Source of the DNA: an uncultured bacterium
GTDB taxonomy: Bacteria > Patescibacteriota > Patescibacteriia > CAIQCM01
DNA: 64,000 nt
Assembly: GCA_963708045.1 (NCBI GenBank)
Contig: OY970181.1
Coordinates: forward strand, 579,740-643,739
Reading direction: 5' to 3'
Shown here: one piece after another, positions 52,705-61,002 of the stretch
Numbering within the stretch: position 1 is the first letter of the stretch
Layout: the number at the start of each line of letters is the position of its first letter
Translations under genes and position numbers: made by a program
The notes under the pieces: model-generated
What the model was told of the DNA's origin: nothing
The model's database searches: none
The model's input: the letters and a program-made list of their open reading frames with translations, nothing else

Positions 52705-53661
52705 ATGGATTATTTATTAAACGACGAGATTGTTGGCCACGACGCTTTGCGCGGCTTTTTGTCGCGTTCGCTCAAAGATTTGCATCATCATGCCTATCTT
52801 TTGGCTGGGCCGGAAGGGGCGGGCAAAGATACAGTGGCGCGCGCGTTTGTGGGCGGGCTGGTTGGAAAAAAGATTAATGATTGGTCAGAAATTGTTTCAA
52901 ACGTTGATATTCACGTATTAAGACGCGATGAAGAAAAAAAATTAATCGGCGTTGCTGAACTGCGTAATTTTCAAAGTCATTTTATGGTTAGCGGTTTTGG
53001 TAATGGGTATAAAATCGGGGTTATTCTTGGAGCACACGAACTGAGTATTGAAGCGGCAAATGCTTTTCTTAAAACACTGGAAGAGCCGCCAGGACGCTCG
53101 GTTTTTATTTTGCTTGCCGACGATATTTCGGCAATACCCGCAACGATTGCCTCGCGAAGCGCAGTTTTGCGTTTTTTGCCGGTTGCCGAAAACGTAATTG
53201 TGGCGGCACTTACCAAGCGTGGCGTGGACACCGCCGAAGCACGTCTGCTTGCCCGCGAGGCAAATGGCCTCCCTGGTCTCGCGATTTCTTTGCTTAACGA
53301 CAAAAAAGGAACGCTGGTTCGCCGTGGTAAGGTTAACGATTTTTTGGATTTTGCCGTGCGTCCGCTTGCGGGACGAATTGCTATGGCTGCTGATTTGGCC
53401 GAGGCGAAAAAACCAGCCGCCGATCTTGGGGCGCAATTTGATCTCTGGCTTTCGGTTCTCCGTGACGCACTTTTAATAAAATCCGGCAACCGCGAACTAG
53501 TCGCAAACGCTGTTCACGAAGAAAAGATCGTCGCTCTTACCAAACCATTTACGATGGATAAAATTCGCGCCGTTATTAAAGCGATTGTTTTGGGAAAGAA
53601 AATGCTGGGAGCAAATGTTAACCCGCGTTTAATAATTGAAAATATCGCCCTATCCCTCTAA
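52705..53661 (+). CDS. holB: DNA polymerase III subunit delta'
   Basis: The Walker-A-like motif is HHAYLLAGPEGAGKDTVARAF. EAANAFLKTLEEPPGRSVFILLADD...IASRS matches the delta' clamp-loader signature. Confidence 0.85.
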   Translation: MDYLLNDEIVGHDALRGFLSRSLKDLHHHAYLLAGPEGAGKDTVARAFVGGLVGKKINDWSEIVSNVDIHVLRRDEEKKLIGVAELRNFQSHFMVSGFGNGYKIGVILGAHELSIEAANAFLKTLEEPPGRSVFILLADDISAIPATIASRSAVLRFLPVAENVIVAALTKRGVDTAEARLLAREANGLPGLAISLLNDKKGTLVRRGKVNDFLDFAVRPLAGRIAMAADLAEAKKPAADLGAQFDLWLSVLRDALLIKSGNRELVANAVHEEKIVALTKPFTMDKIRAVIKAIVLGKKMLGANVNPRLIIENIALSL

Positions 53662-53680
53662 CAAATTAGTAAATATTATT

Positions 53681-54736
53681 ATGAAAAAATTTTTAAAAAT
53701 CGCCCCCGTTCTGCTTACGCTTTTCTTTTTCGGCCAATCTTGTCCGTTTCAACTTGCTGGTAGTGGCGCGCCCGATGGGGGGATTATCAAGACGGCGGAT
53801 GGCGGCGCAAATTGGGCGTTAAAGGGCGCAGTTCTTTCCACGGCCGGCGGACGAACACTTTCGCAAACCGACGTCTTAAGTTTGGTCGCCGATCCGGCTG
53901 AACCCGCGACCATATATATCGGGACGGCGGCAAATGGCCTTTTTTATACGGTAGACAATGGTGAGTCTTGGTTTCAGCCGTCAATGCTCGCTTCGGCAAA
54001 AATTAACGCCATTGCTGTTCATCCAAAAAATAAATGTGTCGTTTACGCCGTCTCTGGCAATGTCGTTGTAAAGACAGTTGACTGCGCTCGCACCTGGGCG
54101 AAAGTTTTTGAGGATACGCGCGGCGACGTCGCGATAAACACGATCGGCGTAGACGCTTTTAATCCGGCGATTATTTATCTTGGTACTTCAAAAGGCGACG
54201 TTATTAAATCAACGAACGATGGCGCGAGCTGGGGTACGTTAAAAGTTCTTTCAAGCTCAATTGTGGCGATGCCGATTGACCCGTTTGATTCGCGAATCCT
54301 TTATGCGGCGACTCGCTCAAATGGCGTTTGGAAAAGTACTGACGCTGGCGCAAATTGGATGGACGTAAGCGGAGAGATGAACAATCGCGACGGCGCCAAG
54401 GAAATTTTTGGCCTTTACCCCGATCGTTCCAAACGTGATTCTTATGTTGTAGTGTCAACCTTTGGGTTAATGCGCACGGTGGACGCTGGTAGTCACTGGG
54501 ATATTATTCGTTTGCTTACGCCATCGGGTCAGGCGCGGATTTACGGTTTTGCAATGAACCCCGGAAACGGCTTGGAAATGTACTATGCAACGGCGACGAT
54601 TTTTTACAAATCAACCGACGGCGGCGCGCACTGGACGACCAAGCGACTGCCGACGACGCGCGTTGGAAATGTTCTCCTCGTTGACGCAAAGAGCCCGAAT
54701 GTAATATATTTAGGAACGCTTAAATTAAAAAAGTAA
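53681..54736 (+). CDS. BNR/Asp-box repeat beta-propeller protein (Ycf48/sortilin-like), secreted
   Basis: Signal peptide MKKFLKIAPVLLTLFFFG. Multiple S/T-x-D-x-G-x-x-W BNR motifs are present (KTADGGANWA, TVDNGESWF, KSTNDGASWG, KSTDAGANWM, KSTDGGAHWT). The start is adjusted to 53681. It overlaps the holB end. Confidence 0.7.
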   Translation: MKKFLKIAPVLLTLFFFGQSCPFQLAGSGAPDGGIIKTADGGANWALKGAVLSTAGGRTLSQTDVLSLVADPAEPATIYIGTAANGLFYTVDNGESWFQPSMLASAKINAIAVHPKNKCVVYAVSGNVVVKTVDCARTWAKVFEDTRGDVAINTIGVDAFNPAIIYLGTSKGDVIKSTNDGASWGTLKVLSSSIVAMPIDPFDSRILYAATRSNGVWKSTDAGANWMDVSGEMNNRDGAKEIFGLYPDRSKRDSYVVVSTFGLMRTVDAGSHWDIIRLLTPSGQARIYGFAMNPGNGLEMYYATATIFYKSTDGGAHWTTKRLPTTRVGNVLLVDAKSPNVIYLGTLKLKK

Positions 54737-54765
54737 CCAATTGGCAAGTTTTAGCCCATATAAAT

Positions 54766-55320
54766 ATGCATGATCTTATTGCGATGTTTAAGCCGGATTT
54801 TCAAAAATCCATTGACCATCTTAAGTTGGGATTAACCTCAATCCGTACGGGACGCGCAACCTCGGCCTTGGTTGAGAATATTCAGGTGGAAGCCTATGGC
54901 GGGTCAATGCCGGTTAAGGGCGTGGCCGGGATCGGCGTTCCCGACGCAAAAACGATTACCATTGATCCTTGGGACAAGTCGCTCATAAAAAATATTGAAA
55001 AAGGTATTCGCGACGCTGGTGTCGGACTAAATCCCGTAAATGAAGGGACGATGCTTCGTATTGTTATTCCGCAGCTTTCCGAAGAAAATCGCCGCGAACT
55101 TACTCGCGTTGTCGGTGAAAAAATTGAAGAAGCGCGCGAGCGGCTAAGAAGCACGCGCGAGGAGTGTAAAGAAACGATTATTACGGCGGAACGCGAAAAA
55201 GAAATCGCCGAAGACGAGCGCTATCAGCTAACCGACGAATTGGAAAAGCTGGTAGGACAATTTAACGACGATGTTAAAAAGATTGGTGAGGATAAGGAAA
55301 AGGAAATTATGACTATTTAG
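54766..55320 (+). CDS. frr: Ribosome recycling factor
   Basis: LKLGLTSIRTGRATSALVENIQVEAYGGSMPVKGVAGIGVPDAKTITIDPWDKSL...NPVNEGTMLRIVIPQLSEENRRELTRVVGEKIEEARERLRSTR aligns with RRF along its full length. Confidence 0.95.
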   Translation: MHDLIAMFKPDFQKSIDHLKLGLTSIRTGRATSALVENIQVEAYGGSMPVKGVAGIGVPDAKTITIDPWDKSLIKNIEKGIRDAGVGLNPVNEGTMLRIVIPQLSEENRRELTRVVGEKIEEARERLRSTREECKETIITAEREKEIAEDERYQLTDELEKLVGQFNDDVKKIGEDKEKEIMTI

Positions 55321-55322
55321 TG

Positions 55323-55449
55323 ATCTCTGCGAAATAATTATTTATTTCGCCTCAAAAATTAGAACTGATTACCTTCATAATTATTTTCTGTATAATCGTA
55401 CTATCACCTTGGCCGTTTCGGCGAAATAAATAATTATTTCGCAGAGATC
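55323..55449. repeat. Perfect 29-bp inverted repeat pair (stem-loop 1) in the frr-glyQS intergenic region
   Basis: atctctgcgaaataattatttatttcgcc (55323-55351) and its exact reverse complement ggcgaaataaataattatttcgcagagat (55421-55449). The ~70-nt loop contains tataat. Confidence 0.8.
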
Positions 55450-55462
55450 GCAGGGGGGGGTG

Positions 55463-55588
55463 GGCGCGGCGGAAAATATTATTTCTTCGCCGAAACGGTT
55501 TTGGTCGGAAGTAGATTAATAAAATAATTTAGCAGGCGTGATGTTGAGGCTAATTTTTGAGGCGAAGAAATAATATTTTCCGCCGCGC
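55463..55588. repeat. Perfect 29-bp inverted repeat pair (stem-loop 2) overlapping the glyQS 5' leader
   Basis: ggcgcggcggaaaatattatttcttcgcc (55463-55491) and its exact reverse complement at 55560-55588. It is preceded by a G8 run and a GGGTGGG motif. Confidence 0.8.
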
Positions 55589-55607
55589 CATAAAACATAA
55601 AATCTCT

Positions 55608-56939
55608 ATGACAGAAAACATAATGGAAAAAATTGTGTCGCTCGCGAAACGCCGCGGCTTTGTTTTTCAAGGCAGCGAACTCTATGGCGGGCTTCAGGGC
55701 ACTTGGGACTATGGTCCGCTTGGTGTGTTAATGAAAAATAATATCAAAGCCGCGTGGTGGAAAAAGAATATTCAAGAGCGTGGCGATATGGTCGGGTTGG
55801 ACGCCGCGATTTTAATGAATCGCAAAGTTTGGGAAGCTTCGGGGCACACCAAATTTATGTTTGACGATTTGGTTGAGTGTAAGGCTTGTCATCACCGTTT
55901 TCGTAAAGATAAAGTCGGTCCAAAGTGTCCAGACTGCGGCGGCGAATTTTCCGAAGCCAAACCATTTAATTTAATGCTTGAAACGACGGTTGGTCCGGCG
56001 GCAACCGATGACGCAAAAATATTTTTGCGTCCCGAAACAGCGCAGGGAATTTTTGTTGACTATCAACTGATTCAAGAAACTTCGCGCCGTCGCCTGCCTT
56101 TTGGCGTCGGTCAAATTGGCAAGTCGTTCCGAAACGAAATCACGCCGGGAAATTTTGTTTTTCGCGTGCGCGAGTTTGAACAAATGGAAATTGAATATTT
56201 CTGCCGTCCCGAAGAGGGTATGGCGAAATACGAAGAGTGGCGCGAGGCGCGTTTGTCTTGGTGGCTAGAGCTTGGTATTAAAAAAGAAAACATTCGTTTT
56301 TACGAATATAAAAAAGAAGAACTCGCACACTATAGCGCCGGCACGACCGATGTGGAATTTGCTTTTCCGTTCGGCAAGAATGGCTGGGACGAACTTGAAG
56401 GTATTGCTTACCGCACTGACTTTGACCTTAAGGCGCACATCGCCGCTTCGGGCGAGGATCTTGGTTATTTTGACGAAGAAACCAAAACAAAAATCGTGCC
56501 GCATGTGGTAGAGCCGTCGGCTGGCGTTGATCGCGCTTTCCTTGCTTTTATGTTGAACGGCTACGAAGAAATTTCCGGCGGTCGCTCCACCACGACCGAA
56601 GCCAACAAAGAAGTTGAAGTTGTTTTGCATTTGCACCCAGCTATTGCGCCTTACAAGGTCGCGGTTTTGCCGCTGTCTAAAAAAGCGGAGATTAGCGCTC
56701 CGGCCAAAGAACTCGCGGCAACCCTGCGCAAACGCTGGAGCGTAGATTATGATGAAGTCGCCTCAATTGGCCGTCGTTATCGCCGCGAAGACGAAATTGG
56801 CACGCCGTATTGCATTACTTTTGATTTTGATTCACTTGATGACAAAAAAGTTACGGTTCGCGATCGCGACACGATGAAACAAGACCGCGTGGCAATAGAA
56901 GAATTGGAAGCCTACCTTGAAGAAAAACTTCGTTACTAA
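55608..56939 (+). CDS. glyQS: Glycine--tRNA ligase, class II homodimeric (alpha2) type
   Basis: MEKIVSLAKRRGFVFQGSELYGGLQGTWDYGPLGVLMKNNIKAAWW is the canonical GlyRS alpha2 N-terminus. The C-terminal anticodon-binding domain is present. The start is adjusted from 55557 to 55608, because the upstream 17 codons fall in the inverted repeat. Confidence 0.9.
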   Translation: MTENIMEKIVSLAKRRGFVFQGSELYGGLQGTWDYGPLGVLMKNNIKAAWWKKNIQERGDMVGLDAAILMNRKVWEASGHTKFMFDDLVECKACHHRFRKDKVGPKCPDCGGEFSEAKPFNLMLETTVGPAATDDAKIFLRPETAQGIFVDYQLIQETSRRRLPFGVGQIGKSFRNEITPGNFVFRVREFEQMEIEYFCRPEEGMAKYEEWREARLSWWLELGIKKENIRFYEYKKEELAHYSAGTTDVEFAFPFGKNGWDELEGIAYRTDFDLKAHIAASGEDLGYFDEETKTKIVPHVVEPSAGVDRAFLAFMLNGYEEISGGRSTTTEANKEVEVVLHLHPAIAPYKVAVLPLSKKAEISAPAKELAATLRKRWSVDYDEVASIGRRYRREDEIGTPYCITFDFDSLDDKKVTVRDRDTMKQDRVAIEELEAYLEEKLRY

Positions 56940-56951
56940 ACCCCAAAAAAA

Positions 56952-58217
56952 ATGTACCAACGAACTGTTTTAAAAAACGGCACGCGCTTGATTCTTGTTC
57001 CCGACGACCATACATCCTCGGCAACGCTTTTTGTCCTTTTTCGCGTCGGCTCGCGCTACGAGTCGCAAAAAATAAACGGCGTTTCCCACTTTATTGAACA
57101 TATGATGTTTAAGGGAACCAAGCGCCGCCCGCGCACCGTTGATATTTCCCGCGAACTTGATGCTGTTGGCGCCGAGTTTAACGCTTTCACCGGCAAAGAT
57201 GTTACTGGTTACTATGTAAAAATAGAAAGCAAACACTTTGACCTGGCTTTGGATATCTTGAACGATATGATTCATAATTCCAAGTTTGAAGAACGCGAAC
57301 TTCAACAGGAACGGAAAGTGATTATGGAAGAAATCCATATGTACGCGGATAATCCGATGATGCATATTGAAGATATGATAGAAGGCGAAATTTTTCGCGG
57401 CGCTAGTCTTGGGATGAATATTGCTGGTGATGAAAAAAGTATGCATTCAATTACGCGACAATCAATGCTCGCGTACCGCGACGCTTACTATACGCCGTCT
57501 CGGACGGTCGTGATTGCCGCCGGAAATTTTGGCGACAACGCTTTCGCCCAAATCGGGAAAATGTTCGGCTCGGGACGTCCAAAAAAATCCGGCCGCGACT
57601 TTGCCGTTTATCGGAAAAAGCAAACCACGCCGCGCGTCGCCTTAGAATTTAAAGAAACCGAACAAGCGCAACTGGCGCTCGGTTTTCCCGCTTTTTCTTA
57701 CGACGACAAACGACTTTCGGCGCTTTCGGTGCTTGGCAATATTTTGGGTGGCACGATGAGTTCGCGATTGTTTATTACTGTCCGTGAACGGAAGGGTTTG
57801 GCTTATTTTGTCCGCGCCGGCGTAGATGTTTATGAAGATACTGGTTCGTTCGTTGTCCGCGCGGGACTTACTAAATCAAGGATCATTGAAGCGATAAAAA
57901 CCATTTGCGACGAACTTTCTCGTGTTAAAAAAAATGGCGTTTCAGCTTCGGAACTTAAACGGGCGAAAGATAATATCGGCGGCCGGTTGGCGTTGGAACT
58001 GGAAGATTCGTCGGATCTCGCGTCATTTTATGGCAAACAGGAATTATACCAAGGCAAAATAAAATCGCCGGCTGAAAAGCTAGCGCTCATAAACGCGGTT
58101 ACAGCCGCCGAGGTTAAAGCCGTCGCGCGCGAAATCATCAGAAACGAAGCGGCGTCGCTTGCGGTAATCGGCCCCTTTAAGGACGAGAAAAAATTATTAC
58201 AAGCGGTAAAATTATAA
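56952..58217 (+). CDS. M16 family zinc metallopeptidase (insulinase/pitrilysin-like)
   Basis: The inverted zincin motif HFIEHMMFKGT (HxxEH) is present, with a downstream E in EEIHMY. Typical length ~420 aa. Confidence 0.85.
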   Translation: MYQRTVLKNGTRLILVPDDHTSSATLFVLFRVGSRYESQKINGVSHFIEHMMFKGTKRRPRTVDISRELDAVGAEFNAFTGKDVTGYYVKIESKHFDLALDILNDMIHNSKFEERELQQERKVIMEEIHMYADNPMMHIEDMIEGEIFRGASLGMNIAGDEKSMHSITRQSMLAYRDAYYTPSRTVVIAAGNFGDNAFAQIGKMFGSGRPKKSGRDFAVYRKKQTTPRVALEFKETEQAQLALGFPAFSYDDKRLSALSVLGNILGGTMSSRLFITVRERKGLAYFVRAGVDVYEDTGSFVVRAGLTKSRIIEAIKTICDELSRVKKNGVSASELKRAKDNIGGRLALELEDSSDLASFYGKQELYQGKIKSPAEKLALINAVTAAEVKAVAREIIRNEAASLAVIGPFKDEKKLLQAVKL

Positions 58218-58219
58218 AT

Positions 58220-58981
58220 ATGAATGGCGAAAAATTACTTTTTGGCAATTGGAAAATGAATGTCGCGCCGGAGCCGGGGAGTGTTCTTGCAAAAGCGCTT
58301 ATAAAAGTTAAGACCGCGTCCACGGTTAAGGTCGCAGTTTTCCCGTCGTTTCTTTCGCTCCCGACGATTTGCGAAGAACTTAAGGATAGCGTTGTCGGTG
58401 TTGGCGGCCAAGACTGTTTTTGGGAAGCGCGCGGCGCTTATACAGGAGAAATTTCTCCAAACGAGATTGCTGCTTGTGGTGCAAAGTATGTTCTTATTGG
58501 GCACTCGGAACGGCGCGGAAGTCTTGGTGAAACTTCGGCAATGGTCAATAAAAAAATAAAAGCCGCCCTTGCCGCCGGCTTAACGCCCGTCCTTTGTATT
58601 GGCGAACGCGCATCCGATCGCGCTTCTGGAACGTGGCCGGTTTTTTTGGAGCGCGAACTTAAAGATGGTTTGGACGGAGTGGATATTTCTGGAACAACGC
58701 AAATTATTATTGCCTATGAGCCGATCTGGGCGGTCGGCACGGGTAATGCTTGTGAACCTAACGATGCTGTGAGCGCTCATCTACTGATCGGTAATTACCT
58801 TTATGAACTTTTCGGCGAAGAGCGGAAGCAAAATAATTTTTCCGTCATCTATGGCGGAAGCGTTGACGCCGAAAATATTAAATCTTATTTTGAGCGCGAC
58901 GAAATTCAAGGCGCGCTCGTTGGCGGCGCGTCGCAAAAGTGGCCGACGTTTTGGGCGATGCTAAAAGCGATAAGCGAATAA
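58220..58981 (+). CDS. tpiA: Triosephosphate isomerase
   Basis: Motifs FGNWKMN, IGHSERR, AYEPIWAVGTG and YGGSV are present. Confidence 0.95.
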   Translation: MNGEKLLFGNWKMNVAPEPGSVLAKALIKVKTASTVKVAVFPSFLSLPTICEELKDSVVGVGGQDCFWEARGAYTGEISPNEIAACGAKYVLIGHSERRGSLGETSAMVNKKIKAALAAGLTPVLCIGERASDRASGTWPVFLERELKDGLDGVDISGTTQIIIAYEPIWAVGTGNACEPNDAVSAHLLIGNYLYELFGEERKQNNFSVIYGGSVDAENIKSYFERDEIQGALVGGASQKWPTFWAMLKAISE

Positions 58982-58983
58982 AA

Positions 58984-59778
58984 ATGAATTTTTTTTCATT
59001 AGCACTTTACTTGGTTGGTATACTTTTTGTTCTGGCCGGAATTATAATTCTGGCCGCGATTTTTTGGTCGCGTCGCCGCACGATCGCGCTCATTGACGTT
59101 AAAACCGTTCCCGTTGATAAGACCGAGCGAATGAAAGAGCAAATCGTGGCTGAACGCATTTTGCGAAAGATCGCCTTAATGACAAAGCCGGTCAAAGAAA
59201 AAATTAATCCCGTCTGGGAATTTTTTCAGAACCGGTTTCGTCGTCTCGCAAAAGTTGCTTTTGATATGGAAAAAAGAAGCGAACGGTTGGCGCGGGGAAG
59301 TTGGGACGCGCTCACGGCCGGAACCAGGATGCACGCGACGCTGACTGAGGCCGATAAACTTGCCAAGGAAGGAGAGTATGTCGCGGCTGAGAAGAAATAT
59401 ATGGATGCGCTCTCTTTAGACATTAAAAACCCCAAACTTTATGAGCGGCTCGGTGCGATGTACATTCGTGCCAAGTCGTACCCAGAAGCGCGCGAAACTC
59501 TGCGCTATGCCTCGCGGTTGTCGCCGAACGACGCCTCGGTCGTGGCCGCGCTCGGCGAAGTCGCAATCGCACAAGGGGAGTATGCCGACGCGATTACCTA
59601 TTTTGAGCACGCCGCCCAAATTCGCCCACGCTCGCCAAAGTATTTAAACTTCCTTATTCAAGCCTGTATCTTAGGGAAAAACAAAGTTTTGGCCGAGGAT
59701 GCGCTTAATCGTTTAGCCGAAGTAAACCCCGAAAACGCCAAACTTCAGGAACTTGATAAAAAGATAGGGGAGATGTAA
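58984..59778 (+). CDS. Membrane-anchored TPR-repeat protein
   Basis: An N-terminal TM helix (LALYLVGILFVLAGIIILAAIFW) is followed by 3-4 TPR-like helical repeats (AEKKYMDALSLD...YERLGAMYIRAKSYPEARETLRYASRLSPNDA...). The start is adjusted to MNFFS (58984). Confidence 0.65.
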   Translation: MNFFSLALYLVGILFVLAGIIILAAIFWSRRRTIALIDVKTVPVDKTERMKEQIVAERILRKIALMTKPVKEKINPVWEFFQNRFRRLAKVAFDMEKRSERLARGSWDALTAGTRMHATLTEADKLAKEGEYVAAEKKYMDALSLDIKNPKLYERLGAMYIRAKSYPEARETLRYASRLSPNDASVVAALGEVAIAQGEYADAITYFEHAAQIRPRSPKYLNFLIQACILGKNKVLAEDALNRLAEVNPENAKLQELDKKIGEM

Positions 59779-59844
59779 TATGGCCAAATAGCCAATAGCT
59801 AATTGCTAATGGTTATTATGTTTATTGAAAATCTAAGAAACAAT

Positions 59845-59917
59845 GCCGACGTAGCTCAGTTGGTAGAGCGCGTCCATGGTAAGGACGAGGTCATCGGTTC
59901 GATCCCGATCGTCGGCT
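59845..59917 (+). tRNA. tRNA-Thr (anticodon GGU)
   Basis: Manual cloverleaf. Acceptor is gccgacg/cgtcggc. D arm is gctc-agttggta-gagc. Anticodon stem is cgtcc/ggacg with loop atGGTaa. T arm is atcgg-ttcgatc-ccgat. CCA is encoded. Confidence 0.85.
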
Positions 59918-59951
59918 CCAGAAAAAAATCAACCCCGCGTAGTGGGGATTT

Positions 59952-60036
59952 TGGGCAGGTACCGAAGCGGTCAAACGGGGCAGACTGTAAATCTGCTGGC
60001 CTTGTGCCTTCATAGGTTCGATCCCTATCCTGCCCA
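59952..60036 (+). tRNA. tRNA-Tyr (anticodon GUA), type II with long variable arm
   Basis: Acceptor is gggcagg/cctgccc. Anticodon stem is gcaga/tctgc with loop ctGTAaa. A long variable arm is present. The T loop is ttcgatc. Confidence 0.8.
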
Positions 60037-60040
60037 GTGC

Positions 60041-60113
60041 GCCGCCTTAGCTCAGTTGGCAGAGCAACGGTTTTGTAAACCGTAGGTCCGCGGTTCGAGC
60101 CCGCGAGGCGGCT
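60041..60113 (+). tRNA. tRNA-Thr (anticodon UGU)
   Basis: Acceptor is gccgcct/aggcggc. D arm is gctc-agttggca-gagc. Anticodon stem is acggt/accgt with loop ttTGTaa. T arm is cgcgg-ttcgagc-ccgcg. Confidence 0.85.
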
Positions 60114-60154
60114 ATTGCCAAATATTACGAATTACGCTATTATTCCGATTCCCT

Positions 60155-60307
60155 ATGTCACAAGAAAATTTGATTAAAATGGAATGTACCGAATGCAAAC
60201 GCGTCGGTTATTATTCCACAAAAAACAAGAAGCTTAAGACCCGCATTGAACTGGCTAAATATTGCCGTTGGTGCAAAAAGCATACTCCGCATAAAGAGAC
60301 GAAATAG
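60155..60307 (+). CDS. rpmG: 50S ribosomal protein L33
   Basis: The 50-aa [53 protein letters not shown] is not in the ORF track because it is short. It has the L33 zinc-ribbon pattern (CxxC...CxxC) and a conserved HKETK end. Confidence 0.85.
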   Translation: MSQENLIKMECTECKRVGYYSTKNKKLKTRIELAKYCRWCKKHTPHKETK

Positions 60308-60795
60308 CACGTGGCGCGTGGCACGTTGCTCGTCGCATCGGGTCCTAATTCATAAAATATCGCCCGCCTAAAGCGGGCGGTTGAGTTTAAGCAATGTTTA
60401 GATTTGAAGAGTTGGACATTTGGAAAATGGGCGTTGAATATACAAAGAGGTGTTATTATGTCGCCAATAATTTTCCAATAAATGAACGCTTTGCCTTAGC
60501 CGATCAATTAAGAAGAGCCGCTGTGTCAATACCGACAAACATCGCCGAGGGGAGCATCGGCTCCAACAAGGAGTTTTGTAGTTTTTTGAATATCGCTTCT
60601 AGATCTGGTATTGAAACGGTAAGTTTACTTATAGTTGCAGAGAAACTAGGATACATTACAATGGAAGAGCGAATGAGGTTTTATAATGAAGCCGAAATAT
60701 TGATTCGTAAAATACGGTCATTAAGGCGCGTATGTCTTAACGGCACGTAGCTCGTAGTGCGTGGCACATGGTACGACGTGCAACGCGCCACGTGC
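60308..60795. mobile_element. ~490-bp inserted element with terminal inverted/direct repeats, carrying a four-helix-bundle ('23S rRNA IVS protein') gene between rpmG and tRNA-Trp
   Basis: The left end cacgtggcgcgtggcacgttgctcgtcgca and the right end gcacgtagctcgtagtgcgtggcac...acgcgccacgtg share a 12-nt perfect inverted repeat (cacgtggcgcgt/acgcgccacgtg) plus direct similarity. The element sits exactly where rpmG and tRNA-Trp are usually adjacent. Confidence 0.55.
60394..60750 (+). CDS. Four-helix-bundle protein (TIGR02436 / 23S rRNA-intervening-sequence protein family)
   Basis: FEELDIWKMGVEYTKRCYYVANNFPINERFALADQLRRAAVSIPTNIAEGSIGSNKEFCSFLNIASRSGIETVSLLIVAEKLGYI matches the family signature (FE.L.VW......Y.....FP..E.Y.L..Q.RRAA.SI..NIAEG). 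Confidence 0.85.
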   Translation: MFRFEELDIWKMGVEYTKRCYYVANNFPINERFALADQLRRAAVSIPTNIAEGSIGSNKEFCSFLNIASRSGIETVSLLIVAEKLGYITMEERMRFYNEAEILIRKIRSLRRVCLNGT

Positions 60796-60809
60796 AACAT
60801 GCAAAATAC

Positions 60810-60880
60810 GGGGGCTTGGTGAAGTGGTATCACAAAGGTCTCCAAAACCTTCGTCGGAGGTTCAATCCCTCCAGCCCCTG
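60810..60880 (+). tRNA. tRNA-Trp (anticodon CCA)
   Basis: Acceptor is gggggct/agcccct (one G-U pair). D arm is gtga-agtggta-tcac. Anticodon stem is aaggt/acctt with loop ctCCAaa. T arm is ggagg-ttcaatc-cctcc. Confidence 0.8.
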
Positions 60881-60883
60881 CCC

Positions 60884-60918
60884 AAACAACCATCCTTAAT
60901 CGGATGGTTGTTTGTTTT
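60884..60918 (+). terminator. Rho-independent terminator after tRNA-Trp
   Basis: aaacaaccatcc-ttaat-cggatggttgttt followed by gtttt. Confidence 0.7.
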
Positions 60919-60934
60919 GTGATAATTTTTTAAA

Positions 60935-60962
60935 TTGAAAAACCCCGCTTGCTAGGCAGGGT
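60935..60962. terminator. Weak bidirectional terminator hairpin
   Basis: aaaaa-ccccgc-ttgctag-gcaggg-tttt. It serves the minus-strand gene ending at 61003. Confidence 0.4.
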
Positions 60963-61002
60963 TTTAAGGGGCGAGGAGGTTGGGCGTGTCTTCTTTATCT
61001 GG

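Noticed and set aside
52942-53489. Two overlapping minus-strand ORFs (164 and 170 aa) antisense to holB
   Set aside because: holB motifs are clear on the plus strand. The antisense ORFs are Arg/Ser-rich with no homology.
55440-55470. T-box riboswitch upstream of glyQS
   Set aside because: Only a partial GGGTGG match to the T-box consensus is present. The canonical ...ACCGCG antiterminator half and a U-tailed terminator are absent. Kept only as a low-probability alternative in the findings.
56265-56636. 123-aa minus-strand ORF and several short plus-frame ORFs inside glyQS
   Set aside because: They are antisense or alternate-frame to a well-supported 440+-aa GlyRS ORF.
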